Counted from the stretch's first letter, positions 12,038 through 24,495 are shown. The stretch is DNA of 51,760 nt from Octopus bimaculoides (GCF_001194135.2 NC_068996.1:38818780-38870539); one strand, 5' to 3'. The notes: generated by a model not told the origin, from the letters alone. Numbers and translations: made by a program.

Positions 12038-12455
12038 CTGAAAAATAGCATGGAAATGGTAAGTAAAAAAAAAAAAAAAAGAAGAAGAAGAAACATGCAA
12101 TTATTTCATGACATCAGCAAAATATAATTTTCTACATTCAGTTTGTCTTGAATAACTTGCTTCTAAAATAGGAACTTGTTCATTGTTGTGAATTTGTTTC
12201 TTATAAACACTACTTTTATACTAAGCAAGATGGAGCTAAGGGATACAACTCAAATAAACTAATGGCATGGATGAAGACAGATCAAATTCATCATGTTTTA
12301 CTGAATGGCATATGAAAAACATTTCTGATGAACTTTAGTTGAGGGGGAGATTAAAGACGTAAAACAAATTACTAAAACAAAACTAGTGGTAATTTTAGCT
12401 CTAACCATCGCACCAAAACAGATCAGCTTTTCCATTTCATCATTAGAAAAATCAG

Positions 12456-12675
12456 CCCTTTAGCATTCTGATTACTCTATCAAATGTATTTCTTATTCAT
12501 TCCTATTGTTTTGAATCAATCATCTATTATCTCATAGCTTTGAGATTTCAATGATATGATGGTCTAGTTTTAGAATGACATTGTAGCATTGGTGTGAGAG
12601 GCTGAATCTGGTCAGTTTCAACATAAAGCAGGTAGAAGATTTTGGCTTGATATGATCAATTTAAATGCTAAAGAG
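12456..12675. mobile_element. piggyBac-like MITE, second copy
   Basis: ccctttagcattctg ... aaatgctaaagag; homologous to 6795-7001. Confidence 0.55.
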
Positions 12676-13529
12676 TTGAAAAAGATTCACCTTAACTTTT
12701 TGAAACTATCTCCCTTCTTTTGTGTGGATCACCAACTGTTACTGCCAGGTTTTTATTTTTGTTTCTCCAACAAAGAGGGACATTTCAGTTCATCAACTCA
12801 TAATGAATTTATTATTTAAGTCATTCAGTACATCAACACCTATTTGATTTATACTTACTAGTTTCATTCCTTGGACAGCAACCCTGCTGTGGTATAGCCT
12901 TTAAGAGCCTCAGTTGATCATATCAACTTTAGTTCCTACCTCAGTCTGGAACCTATTTCATTGATCTCTTTTTGTCAAATCCCTATGCTATGAGAATAAA
13001 GAAATGTAACTCAAATAACAACAACTGTTTTTATACCAGTGTCAATGTAAACAATTTGAGTGTCAATATACATTCACAAATTAGTGACAATCCCTCAAGA
13101 TTGAGACTGATTCATTCCAACTATTATTTTCTTCTGTTATTTATTCCATGGGCTTCAAAGACAACTACAATGTCCATTACATTCTTGGTGACCTAACATC
13201 TATGAAGAGTGTTAGACAATGATGCCATGCTTTTTCAAGTTTCCATTAAATACACTTTTGAACTATTTCTTTTGTCTACCTCATGTGTACTTTACTTCAA
13301 TCAGTTGTGAATGTAACAGTTGTCTGTGCAACAGTTTTTGGACAGCTGCTGGTTCATCTATCACTCACATGACATAGCTGACTCATCAAAACTGAAGTCA
13401 TGTAATGATAGTGAAGAGTACAACTTCTCTCATCAACAATTTTTCTGATATGCCTTTTGATAATGATTTGATCCAATCAATACTTGTTATATTCCCTACA
13501 CAGTTTGTTGGGACATCACCATCACCTTC

Positions 13530-13860
13530 AAGGGTTTAATCAAACAAATTGGTCCCCCAGTACTTATTTTTTAAGTTTGGTACTTATTCTAGCAGTCTCT
13601 CTTGCTGAACTGCTAAGTTATGAGGATTTAAACAAGTCAATGTTAGTTTTCAAGTGAGGGTGTGATGGAGAGGTATAAACAAACACAAAAGTATGCACAC
13701 AGACACTCACACTCACACACATATTGCAGGCTTTCACATAGTTCCCTTCTATAAAATTCAAGGCATAGCAGAAAACACTTGCCCAAGGTGCTGTGCAGTG
13801 GGACTGAACCCAAAACCATGTGGTTACAAAATGAGCTTCTTAATTATTCAGCTTTGTCTC
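13530..13860 (-). mobile_element. Degenerate SINE family 1
   Basis: cacttgcccaaggtgctgtgcagtgggactgaacccaaaaccatgtgg head remnant. Confidence 0.6.
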
Positions 13861-13924
13861 CGCCTATACAAATACCTGTATCATCTTGTACAAAAAGACT
13901 AAAATGTCTTCTTGACTGTTTGGC

Positions 13925-14380
13925 TTAAACATCATCATCATCATCATCATCATTTAGCATCTGTTGTCCATGCTGGCATGGGCTGGACGGTTTGACCAGG
14001 GCTGGCAAACTGGAAAGCTGCACCAGACTCCAGTCTGATTTGGCATGGTTTCTATGGCTGGATGCCCTTCTTAACATTAACCACTCCGAGAGTGTAATGG
14101 GTGGTTTTACGTGCCACCAGGACAGGTGCCATTTACGTGGTATCTGCCACAACTGTGATTTTACTTGGCTTGATGGGTCTGTTTCTCCAGCACAACATAA
14201 TGCCAAAGGTCTTGGTCATTGCCTCCACAAGGCCCAAAAGGTGCTTTTCATGTGCCACCAGCATCAGCCACCTTGCCTCTATGAGGCCCAACATTCAAAA
14301 GACACTCTTTACATGCCACCGGCATAGGTACCAGTTACGTAACACCAGCATCAGTCACAAATACAATGCTACCAAGCTCT
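13925..14380 (-). mobile_element. RTE-type 3' tail, minus orientation
   Basis: (CAT)n followed by the revcomp of the tail consensus. Confidence 0.75.
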
Positions 14381-14836
14381 GAAATTTCATTGGGTCTAGT
14401 TGCTGAGATCAGCTATTTTCAGCTGTTTGGAATGGTTAGTTTTTGTAAGTTTGAACATTTCAAAGTTGATTTACAGCCCTTTCATTATTATAAAAGGGTC
14501 TTTATTCTGATTTTAACAAGAGGCAAATATTAATGTAATGAATACAGGACAAATGAAGTTATAAACTCCCACAAATATATAATGACTGAGAAATATGTGC
14601 TCACACACACATACGCACATCCATTCATTCATTCATAATTCTTTCTACTATCGTCTTGAAATTTTAGTGGGATGGGGCTAGTCAATTACATTGACCCCAG
14701 TGCTCAGTTGGTACTCATTTTATCAACCTCAAAAGGATGAATGGCAAGGTTTGTCCTTTTCAGATTGACACCTATTCATTCATATTAACACTATTAATAT
14801 AATGTCTCTATGGATTTTATGGGTTATGTTTTATAT

Positions 14837-15291
14837 CAGGGGTTCTCAACCATTTTTTATCTATGGACCCCTTTGATTACTATTTTATTCTGGTGGATCC
14901 TCACAGCCATTCAATATTTTAAAACTATTTTAATAGAAATACACTTCTTTTAAAATTCCTATTTTGTTTTTCACACATTAAGTTATCTATGGATTCCTTT
15001 GATTACTATTCTATTATGGTGGACCCCATAGTCATTTGATGTTTAAAAAGTAGTTTTATAGAAACTTCTTTCAAAATTCTTATTTTGTTTTTCACACATT
15101 AACTTGTGTAGATTGAACTAAGTAAAATGTTAGAAAATGAAACTAAGCTGTTTCTTGCAATAAATACCAATACATACATCCAAAGCAAAATTTTTTTAGG
15201 GGCCCTTAAAATACTATTGTGGATCCCCAATATACTATTTTGTTGCATGGACCCCCAAAAATCTTATATGGACCCCAGTTAATGAACAATG
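14837..15291 (-). mobile_element. hAT-like MITE with internal tandem duplication of about 125 bp
   Basis: caggggttctcaacc start; the tatctatgga...cacacattaa unit occurs at about 14858 and 14983. Confidence 0.6.
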
Positions 15292-15689
15292 TTTTATTTA
15301 GATATTTTTGACTTCATTCATGTGCTTTATCTCATGGTATTTTTGCTCATGAGCATTCTTTGTAAATATAAAAAAGCTTTGTATGTAGATATTAATTTTT
15401 TCAGAATTTACTCATTTTACTATTTTTCTTTAACTAATACAAATTATCATACAATATAAAACACATATTTATAATTATTAAAATGATTTTAATGCAGAAT
15501 GAGAATACATTGGTAGGCTCAAGAATGCTTCAGATGTTCTACCACTGGATGTACCTGATTTTCGTCAGACATCTTTATTTCCAGTTTATAGAAATGCCAC
15601 CTATAATGATACTTTGACATTTTCTCTCCAAAAGGGTTTTGCAAGCCAATATTCACATGCTAGTATTCGTAGCTTAATGTGCTTTGAGA

Positions 15690-16165
15690 TCCACTGCTGA
15701 TCTCTAATTGTAGAGGGAACATGTGGAAGGAGTAGACCCAGGAAAACATGGGCTGAAATGGTGAGAAAGGATATACAGATGTTGGGACTTACAGAGGGGA
15801 CGACAAGGTACTGAGACACCTGGTGGTTTGCTGTACTTAAGGAAACACGACAAGCCAAGTAAAAGCATGGTTGTTCTTGCATACAAGTCTGTCTCCTGCA
15901 TCTCTTTCCGGTTGAGCATTCTTAATCTTGTGGGCTCGGGGGTGCTGGTGCCACATAAAAAGCACTTGTACTGGCGCTATGTAAATAAACCAGTGCCAGT
16001 ACTGTGTAAAAGCACCCAGTACACTCTGTAAAGTGGTTGGTGTTAGGAAGGGCATCCAGTCACAGAAACCATGCCAAAACAGAAATGGAGCCTGGGCATC
16101 TCCTGTAAAACCATCCAACTCATGCCAGCATGGAAAATGGACATTAAATGGTGATGACAATGATA
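15690..16165 (+). mobile_element. RTE LINE 3' end with tail
   Basis: gagggaacatgtggaaggagtagacccaggaa identical to about 37890; tail follows. Confidence 0.75.
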
Positions 16166-16320
16166 TATATAAATATATATGTAATTGTTTAATAGTTCAC
16201 AAATCTGAAAAAAATCACTGTCTAAAAATTAGAGCAGTAACACTTAAAAGATTGTTGGTTATGGCTGGCCAGAGAGTGACCATTGGATTTTAGTCGTACA
16301 AATGACTTGTTAGACTTGAA

Positions 16321-16748
16321 GGCTGGCCTGAGTTCCTGGTCATTATCTGACTGCTAATATAAGAATATTGTTCTACTAATGTTGAGAGGTAGCCACACCC
16401 ATGCATCAACAAAAATACTTGACAATATGTTTAGGTTTTAGAACCATCTAGGAGAACAGGTAAAATACAACTGTCTTATATACCATAAGTTTGGTTGTTT
16501 ATTTCACATCACCATCATATATTTATCTTTTCAGATGATTAAAGATTATACTGATATACTTTAACCACTGTGTGATCTTATTTATCAATATCCACATTCT
16601 ACGATAAATGACAACCCAATTATTGGGGATGCTCCACATTTTTCACTATCTGTTCATATATCTGAGTGGCTGGACTAAGTTCCTGATCATTATCTGACTA
16701 TTGTTCTACTAATGTTGTGAGGTAGCCACACCCATGCATCAACAAAAA
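16321..16748. repeat. Direct repeat pair of 80-95 bp (16321-16416, 16668-16748)
   Basis: attgttctactaatgttg.gaggtagccacacccatgcatcaacaaaaat present twice. Confidence 0.8.
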
Positions 16749-17059
16749 TGTCAGTAATTGGTTGTAGTTCTTTTGCTAAAGTCTCACTAACTCTGGCATT
16801 ATCTGTGTATTAAAATCCAAATAATAATGTAGACATGATCTTTGTTCTGGCTTAGAGTCTGACAAAGTTGAGTGGTTTGCCATCTATCTGTACAATATGA
16901 AATCTGGACATCAGGAAAAAGTTTACACTCAAACTTGGTCTCAAGTTTATGCATAACTATGAGGAAAATAGAAAAGAGAGAAGTGACTATGACACACCTC
17001 TGCTTAACTTCAGTTCTCACTTCAAACTGATTTGTTGTGAAGGACTTATTCTTAAGCTT

Positions 17060-17460
17060 TTAACTTTCCATGGAGCATAGGCTATTGATATCTTTCTTTC
17101 ACTGTTCTTGACTCAGAGCTATCTTTTCAGTTCCTTTCCAGTTGGATCCCTGCTTTTTCAGTCTCTCTTCCATCTCCCTTCTGGGTTCTATCCCTTCTTG
17201 TGCATCAAACATATATTTCCTAAAGGCCTTCCTCTTCCAGGTCTTGATTTTAAATTGTCATTGATGCTTTGTAACTTTGCTTTTTTATCCAAGTAGGAGT
17301 GTTGGCTCTACAAAAATCCATTTTTACTTCTGGGAAGAGGTTGTCTGTATTAGTCTGGTCTCTATTCTTTGGCCTGTCGAGCACTAGAAGCTCAGTCAGG
17401 GATGTGTGCTCTGCTGGTGCAGCTCTCAAGGTCATTAAAGTACAAAAGCTACCATACTAC
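17060..17460 (-). mobile_element. RTE-like LINE C-terminal remnant
   Basis: Decayed *NPEGRWKR and ETEKAGIQLERTEKIALSQEQ*KKDINSLCS resemble the RTE ORF end. Confidence 0.4.
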
Positions 17461-17974
17461 AGCAAAGACTCACTATACTTATTTCGTGTTATTATGTAGA
17501 AGTTGGGTAATTATAATGACTTTTCTTTTTGTGGATGGTATTTTTCACAGAATTTCTCAATTTATTGATTCAAAAGCACACACACACACACACACACACA
17601 CACCTGTCCATGCCTTTATCTAAGTATAATATGTCATGCTTCATGAAATAATTTAGCTTGTCAGCTACTACATTTAGAACTTGTATAGTGTAGAGTAGCA
17701 GATAATCTCCTAGTTCATCTTGATTAATTTCCATATGTTACACAGGATTTCTGATGTAGCACATGTTAGACATGATTCCTTAGAGCTTCATAAAAGTGAA
17801 TATTTTCTTCTTATGCTATAAAAGAAATACTATGTAGTAAATGGAAATTAATCAATAGTTACTGACATGGTTATGACTTGATGCAAGATTGGTTACTGTG
17901 ACTAATGATGAAACAATTGTAAACAATGAATGAAAATGATTTTCTAACTACTCTCTTTGGTATATGTTATTTAA

Positions 17975-18009
<35 letters not shown>

Positions 18010-18143
18010 AAAAACCATTAGAAAATTTCTTGCTCTTAATCTTTGAAAATCCCTTTTCTTTCTTAGTTCAAGGATTTGTGAATTATAGGTGATCCAGTGA
18101 GCAGTGAAAAGAAAAAAATTGAAGTGAATAAAAAGGGTATTAC

Positions 18144-18189
18144 CTGAAAAAATAAAACATAGCACCAGCAATATATATATTGCTCTCAT
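18144..18189 (-). CDS. First coding exon (signal peptide MRAIYILLVLCFIFS+G) of a predicted secreted 181-aa precursor
   Basis: Minus strand reads ATG AGA GCA ATA TAT ATA TTG CTG GTG CTA TGT TTT ATT TTT TCA G|GTAATA: 46 nt, phase-1 GT donor. An upstream acceptor ttttactttaatcgtatattttccag|G at 18241 implies a further 5' UTR exon. Hydrophobic core follows MR. Confidence 0.75.
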
Positions 18190-18625
18190 CTTCTCTTTTC
18201 TTATTTTCTTTCCTCAGCAATCACAATAAAATATGTTTAACCTGGAAAATATACGATTAAAGTAAAAACTTATCAGTAGACAGATAAATAATTTCATGGC
18301 ATACATTGATCTTGTGATTGAAGTTTTTAACCATTTGACAAACAGGGATCAAATAAATGAGGACCATACTCAAATAATACTGGAATAGATATAATATGGA
18401 AAGCAGAGCTTCAACATAACTCCAGCATTAGTGATTGTCCAATAGCTGAGCCTTGTAAAGTAATAAATGAGTATGGAAAATACTTGTTCATTAAAAGAAA
18501 AGCACTAGGAAAGCAGATCATAAAGTTAGATAGCTACAAGAATCAAAATGAGTCTCTTATGAAAAGAAATTGAACAGGAAATTAGACACTAGAGCAACAG
18601 TTTCTAGTAAGCAAGACCTTAAAAT

Positions 18626-19108
18626 CAGTTGTTCTCAATGGCGATCCATACGACCCCTGGGGGTTCATATAAGATTTTGTTGCTAAAATTTATATGCAAT
18701 AACAAAGGCAATGAGCTGATGAACTGTTTGCATGTCAGGTAAAATGCTTAGCAGAATTTCGTTCATCTTTATGTCCTGAGTTTAAATTCCACTGAGGTCG
18801 ACTTTTGCCTTTCATCCTTTCAGGGTCAATAAAATAAGTACCAGTTGATTACTGTGGTTGATTTAATCGACTCACCCCTCCCCCAAAATTGCTGGTCTTG
18901 TGCCAAATTTTGAAACCAAAATTCATCTAAAATAATTTGCTTAAACTTTTACAATACACAAAATATTTCAGTTTTTTTTATACAATTCCTAATAATATTT
19001 AATTATAAAAATTCAGTAAGATTTTTTGAAAATACATAGAAAAGCTATGGGTGTCCAGTAGAGTAAAATAGGAATCAAAGGGGTCCATAGGTAAAGAATA
19101 GTTGAGAG
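18626..19108 (+). mobile_element. hAT-like MITE with nested SINE family 2 (about 18705-18920)
   Basis: cagttgttctcaa start, gggtccatagg...gttgagag end; SINE core gtcgacttttgcctttcatcctttcagggtcaataaaataagtaccagtt inside. Confidence 0.55.
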
Positions 19109-19109
19109 A

Positions 19110-19480
19110 GAGAGAAGGATAGAGACAGTTAGATAGAGAGAACTGTCTTATTATAGAGGAGATACCTGGCTACTGCAGAAGAACAAGGGAGCGGTGGGAG
19201 GTAGAAGAGAGAGAGAGAGAGAAGGAGAGAGACAGAGGGAGAGAGAAGGATAGAGACAGAGGGAGAGAGAACTGTCTTATTACAGAGGAGATACTTGGCT
19301 ATTGCAGAAGGATGAGGAAGCAGAGGGAGGTGGTAGAGAGAGGGAGAGAGAAGGATAGAGACAGTCAGAGGGAGAGAGAACTGTCTTACTACAGAGGAGA
19401 TACTTGGTTACCTCAGTAGGACAAGGAAGTGGAGGAGGGTGAGAGAGAGCAAGATAGAAACAGTCGGAATGAAAGAGAGA
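19110..19480 (-). repeat. Three tandem 110-130 bp GA-rich units
   Basis: gagagaactgtctta.ta.agaggagatac.tgg at about 19138, 19266 and 19376; revcomp matches the CT-rich family at about 1680. Confidence 0.7.
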
Positions 19481-20079
19481 AGGCCTACCCACAAGAAACA
19501 GTGGTGGGGAATATAAGTAACACAGAGGGGGCAGAGGAGATGAACAGGGGGAATATAAGCAGCACAGAAGAGATAGATAAGAGTGTGAGGGAAGATGTTT
19601 AAAGATTGTTATCTATGTTGTTCTTGTTTTCCATAAGAATTTTTGTCTTTGCCATTCATACATAACCTTTTCCAACAAAATAAAGTCCTATAGTAATGGA
19701 TCTAACATGAAAGACCTGGAGAAAGGGCTACAAACACTCTTTAAAAACATTGAAAGGTATGCAGATTATGTATCATATGCAGCTCATTTACTCAAACCCT
19801 GTACCTGGAATTGTTGAATATTTTGACATTTTGCAAAAGCAGTGTTTCCTCTTCTGAATCTCACAAAGATACATTTTAAAGGCACAGGACAGCCTAGATT
19901 TTTCTTTGAAGGACTTAAGCATACAACCTTTATGTATTTCAGACCAAAACCTATGGCCGTGCTGGGGCAACAATATTGTTGGGTTTTTTTTTTTGTTTTG
20001 TTATTAGGTTTAAATGCATGTCAGTATTATGAAACTAAATAGATATGTTGGCAGAAGGGAAAGTAGATATGATAGTTAG

Positions 20080-20178
20080 ACAGACAGACAGGCAGACAGG
20101 AAGGCAGACAGACAGACAGACAGGCAGGCAGACAGGCAGGCAGACAGGCAGGCAGACAGACAGACAGACAGACAGACA
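20080..20178. repeat. (CAGA/CAGG)n microsatellite
   Basis: Direct reading. Confidence 0.9.
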
Positions 20179-20462
20179 TGTAGGTGAGCCTACTGATATA
20201 TCAATATTAGCTGAAAAGAAAAAGAATGGAAAGGATTGTTTTTCAAAAAATAGATATGTACTACATGTACAATGAGTCAGTCTCCACAATAATTGCATGG
20301 AAACCACTTCAATAACAGGTGCACAATCATTGGATTACTGTTAGAAAGAACTAAAACTGCTTAAAGAATGTCAATATTTGGCAGGTAGACAACAGTGAAA
20401 AAGAGGTTCATTTCACAAACTTCAAAAATTTTATTTATAAACATATTTTCACATCCAAAATA

Positions 20463-21692
20463 TCAGGTCATCCCATAAGTTCTGTCCGAATTTTGAATAA
20501 AGAAAACAAATGATCAAATGTTATATTTAATTGAAATTTAATCATCAATATACTTTCCCTGATTATCTATGACTTCCTTCCATCTATTTACAAGCTTTTT
20601 AATCCCATCAATGTAAAACTCTTTTGGTTTCAAAGCGAAGAACTCTGAAATGTCAGTTTCGACCTCCTCCTGGCTTACGAAAGTTATGACCCCCAAATGA
20701 TTCTATAAACTACAAAACAAATGGTAGTCTGAAGGAACAAGGTCAGGAGAATAAGGTGGATGAGGAATTTTTTTCCCAACCAAGCTCTTCAATCTTCTGT
20801 GATGTGATCTTGGCAGTGTGGGGTCACGCATTGTCCTGATGAAACGTCACTCCTTTTTGATTCACTAAAGCAGGTCTTTTTTTCTTCAAAGCTTGGTTCA
20901 AATGCTCTAATTACTGACAGTAGACTCGAGCATTGATTGTTGCATTAGGTGGTAACAATTCAAAGTAAATTACTCCTTTGCAATCCCACCAGATAGAGAG
21001 AAGAACCTTTTTCCCCATGAAGTTCCCATTTCGGTTGTGTTCGAGCTTTTTCCCTTTACCCAAGCCATTGTTTACGACGTTTAACATTTCAATAGAAGAT
21101 CCATTTTTCATCACCAGTCACAAGTCTATCCAAAAAGGGTGAAATGAGTTCGTGAGAATGGAGAGAATAGCAGATGTAAACTCGGGATTTGCGGTTGCTT
21201 TCAGACAATTCATGAGACACCCATTTTCTAAGTTTAGGAACCTTTCTTCAACTGATAATGCAGGATTTTCTTCAAGTAATGCCTCAAGGAGCTTATCATC
21301 AAACTCAACTCGATGTGCTGTTTGATCTTTATCTTCAAGGCTGAAATCTCCACTTTTGAATTTTGCAAGCCATCTTCTGCAAGTTCTTTCCTTCAAGCAT
21401 TCTTTCCCATAAACTGAGTGTATGTTTCGAGTTGCTTTGGCTGTAGAATTTCCTTTTTTTGTACTCATAAAGCATTATGTGCCTTAAATGCACTTTGGAT
21501 ACTTCCATATTAGAATGGGTTTTAATCAAAGAAATTTTAATTCTATTATTCTGTAAAATAATATTTCATTAGTTTAAATGTACACAAATGCATTAAAATA
21601 ATTTTTAATTCCATTAGACATTCTAAAATACTATTAAATTTCATTCAATTTAAAAAAAAGTAAAATCGGACAGAACTTATGGGATGACCTGA
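20463..21692 (-). mobile_element. Near full-length mariner (DD34D), inactivated
   Basis: Perfect TIRs TCAGGTCATCCCATAAGTTCTGTCCG with TA flanks; transposase motifs TGDEKW, SIWWDCKGVIYFELL, HQDNA*PH, PHPPYSPDLVPSDYHLF with stops and frameshifts. Confidence 0.9.
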
Positions 21693-21749
21693 TACTTCCT
21701 AATACCTTACTTCTTAATACCTCACTTCTTAACACCTCACATGAAACTG

Positions 21750-22034
21750 GATCCAAATGACTCCAACCTTCACTTCATTTCAGAATGATCTCAGTTCCCT
21801 CTAAGACTGTCCTACTCTCTGACAATGAATAAAGCACAGAGACAGATGTTTAACAAAATTGGAATATATCTGTCACTTCCTGTGTTCAGCCATGGGCAAT
21901 TATATGAGGCATTTTCTAGGGCCAGGAAATTATCTTCTGTCACAGTAAGAGCAGTTGAGACTAACAGACAAGGCAAACAAGAAGGTAAAACTCTTACAAA
22001 AGACATTGTGTATGAAGAAATGTTGAGAGAGTAA
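21750..22034 (+). mobile_element. Helitron RepHel (Pif1-like helicase) C-terminal fragment
   Basis: QFPLRLSYSLTMNKAQ...VFSHGQLYEAFSR...TKDIVYEEML matches QFP..LA.AMTINKSQ / FSHGQLYVALSR. Confidence 0.75.
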
Positions 22035-22613
22035 ATCTACAATTTTACTAATCTCATATATATGTAAGCCATTCATATAACATTCAGTTCATAGAATTTG
22101 TAAAATATTTTCTGTGATCACATGCAATGCATATTTCATACACATTTAAATTAGTTTATGTTTTGTATTTCTGTTTATGTTTGTTACATACAGTTTGTAT
22201 AGTCCTGTTTGTAATGTAGAATGTTTGTATCTTATTCAATGCTTAGCTCATGCTTTTTCTTATGTAGATATCATAATCTGATGAAATATAGCTTGCACTT
22301 ATTTATCTATTTATTTATTTACTTTGTAAATATGTAATAAAGATTGTAAATAATATACATTTAATCAATATATATGAATAAGTTTTATCTTTCTAATTCA
22401 TCTTTTATTTTCTTAAACTACAAAGGACATCATATCTGCCAAACACATTACAAGGATGTAAATATGCAATACCTTATTAAATGGTAGGATATCAAATGAA
22501 TTTTTTAAAACTCCTTGCTTATGTTTAATATATTAACATAATGTTTTCAAATGTACTGACTTATACTATGCAATTTCTATGGGTCCCATTCGTTATTATT
22601 ATATTTTGTAATT

Positions 22614-22820
22614 AAGGCAGTGAGCTGGCAGAATCGTGAGCACACCAGGTAAAATACACCGGTATTTTGTCTTTCATTACATTCTGAATTCAAATTCTGT
22701 TGAGATCAACTTTGCCTTTCATCCTTTTGGGACTGATAAATTAAGTACCAGTTGCATACTGGGGCCGATCAAATCGACTGGCCTCCTCCCCAAAGTTTTG
22801 GGCCTTGTACCTAGAGTAGA
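22614..22820 (+). mobile_element. SINE family 2
   Basis: gagctggcagaatcg head; ctttgcctttcatccttttgggactgataaattaagtaccagtt core. Confidence 0.75.
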
Positions 22821-23204
22821 ACAGATTATATTCTTTAATTCTCCTGGTGTGAAGATATCTTTTTGATTCCTCCTTCAAAATACAATCTATTTAGGTATTA
22901 CCAAACAAAGTTTTTATTGGGTTACTGTTAATAAGAACTAAAACTGCCTAAAAAATATCTGCCCTCAATATTTGGCAGGTAGACAACAGTTAAAAAGAGG
23001 CTCATTTCACACACTTCAAGAATTTTATTTATAAACATATTTTCACATCCAAAATTGCTAATACACACATTTATAGTAGGAGATTAAGCACTACAATAAA
23101 AAAAAAATATTAAAAAAAACATAATCAAAACACTGCTAAATATTCAAAAGGAAGAAGTTAATGGACAGATTAGTGAACAATAAATAGAAGAAAATATCTC
23201 AGAA

Positions 23205-23995
23205 ATAGGTGCAAGTGTGGTTGGGTGGTAAGAAGTCTACTTCCCAGCCACATGACTCCTGGTTCAGTTCCACTTTATGGTACCTTGAGCAAGCATTTTC
23301 TTCTTTAGCCCTGAGCCGACCAAAGCCTTGTGAATGGATTTGGTAGACGGAAACTAAAAGAAGCTCACTGTATATATATTCTTTTACTTGTTTCAGACTG
23401 TGGCCATGCTGGAGCACTGCCTTTAGTTGAACAAATCGACCTAAGGACTTATTCTTTGTAAGCCTAGTACTTATTCTATTGGATTCTTTTTGCCGAACCA
23501 CTAAGTGATGGGGACACAAACACACCAGCATCGGTTGTCAAGCGATGGTGGAGGGACAAATACAGACACAAATAACAAATACATACACACACATATATAT
23601 ATATAGACGGGCTTCTTTCAGTTTCCGACTTTCATCAGTCCAAGGCTATAGTAGAAGACACTTGCCCAAGGTGCCACGTAGTGAGACTGAACCCAGAACC
23701 ATGTGGTTGAGAAGCAAGCTTCTTGTTTCTTTACTGCCCACAAGGGGCTACACACAGAGGGGACAAACAAGGACAGACAAACAGATTAAGTAGATTATAT
23801 CGACCCCAGCGCATAACTGGTACTTAGTTCATCGACCCCGAAAGGATGAAAGGCAAAGTCAACCTCGGCGGAATTTGAACTCAGAACGTAACGGCAGACG
23901 AAATACCATTAAGCATTTCACCCGGCGTGCTAACGTTTCTGCCAGCTCGCCACCTTTTGGTGAGAAGCAAGCTTCTTACCACACAGCCACACCTG
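23205..23995. mobile_element. SINE cluster: plus-strand family 1 head, minus-strand family 1 copy, and a family 2 copy (23725-23960, minus) nested with a 17-bp TSD
   Basis: TGAGAAGCAAGCTTCTT at 23708-23724 and 23961-23977. Confidence 0.85.
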
Positions 23996-24495
23996 TATAT
24001 GAAAAAAATAATCATCAATAGCGATTATTATTCGTAGGTTTACCAATATAAAGCTTCCCCTTAGAGCTCAATGATCAGAAGAACTGGAAATATAACATTT
24101 TTAATAGCATTAAATTACTTTTTTATGGAGTTACAGAAGATACTTGAAAGTGTTAGTTATGTTTATATTAACCTTTAATTGGATTGGAAAAGAGGGATCG
24201 ATACCCAAAAATGTGTCAAACATAAAAAACTTGTTATAATCTGATTAAGTTATAAGGATAATAACGAAGGCTTTAAATACAATTTTGCAGCTGCAGTTAA
24301 TATAGGGTAAGCAGCAGCTGATAAGAACATAATGATTCTTCAGAGGTTGTCCACTTGTGCTGTCATTACTTGTTCATGATGTATTTGTGTAAACATAAAT
24401 GTTTGCAACAGTCGTACGTATCTGATGAATTGAATTAATTTATGAGTGTGCAATGACATCTAAAGTCTTTGGATATATACCATAGTAAACTTCTA

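Noticed and set aside
11790-12127. Plus-strand ORFs 11790..12002 and 11822..12127
   Set aside because: Antisense shadows of the purine-rich minus-strand coding exon.
16799-17020. MRTEVKQRCVI as a mariner N-terminus
   Set aside because: Only a few residues resemble it; no TIR or further transposase motif found.
19110-19480. CRISPR-like repeat-spacer array
   Set aside because: Eukaryotic context; units are long, degenerate and separated by GA microsatellite rather than unique spacers.
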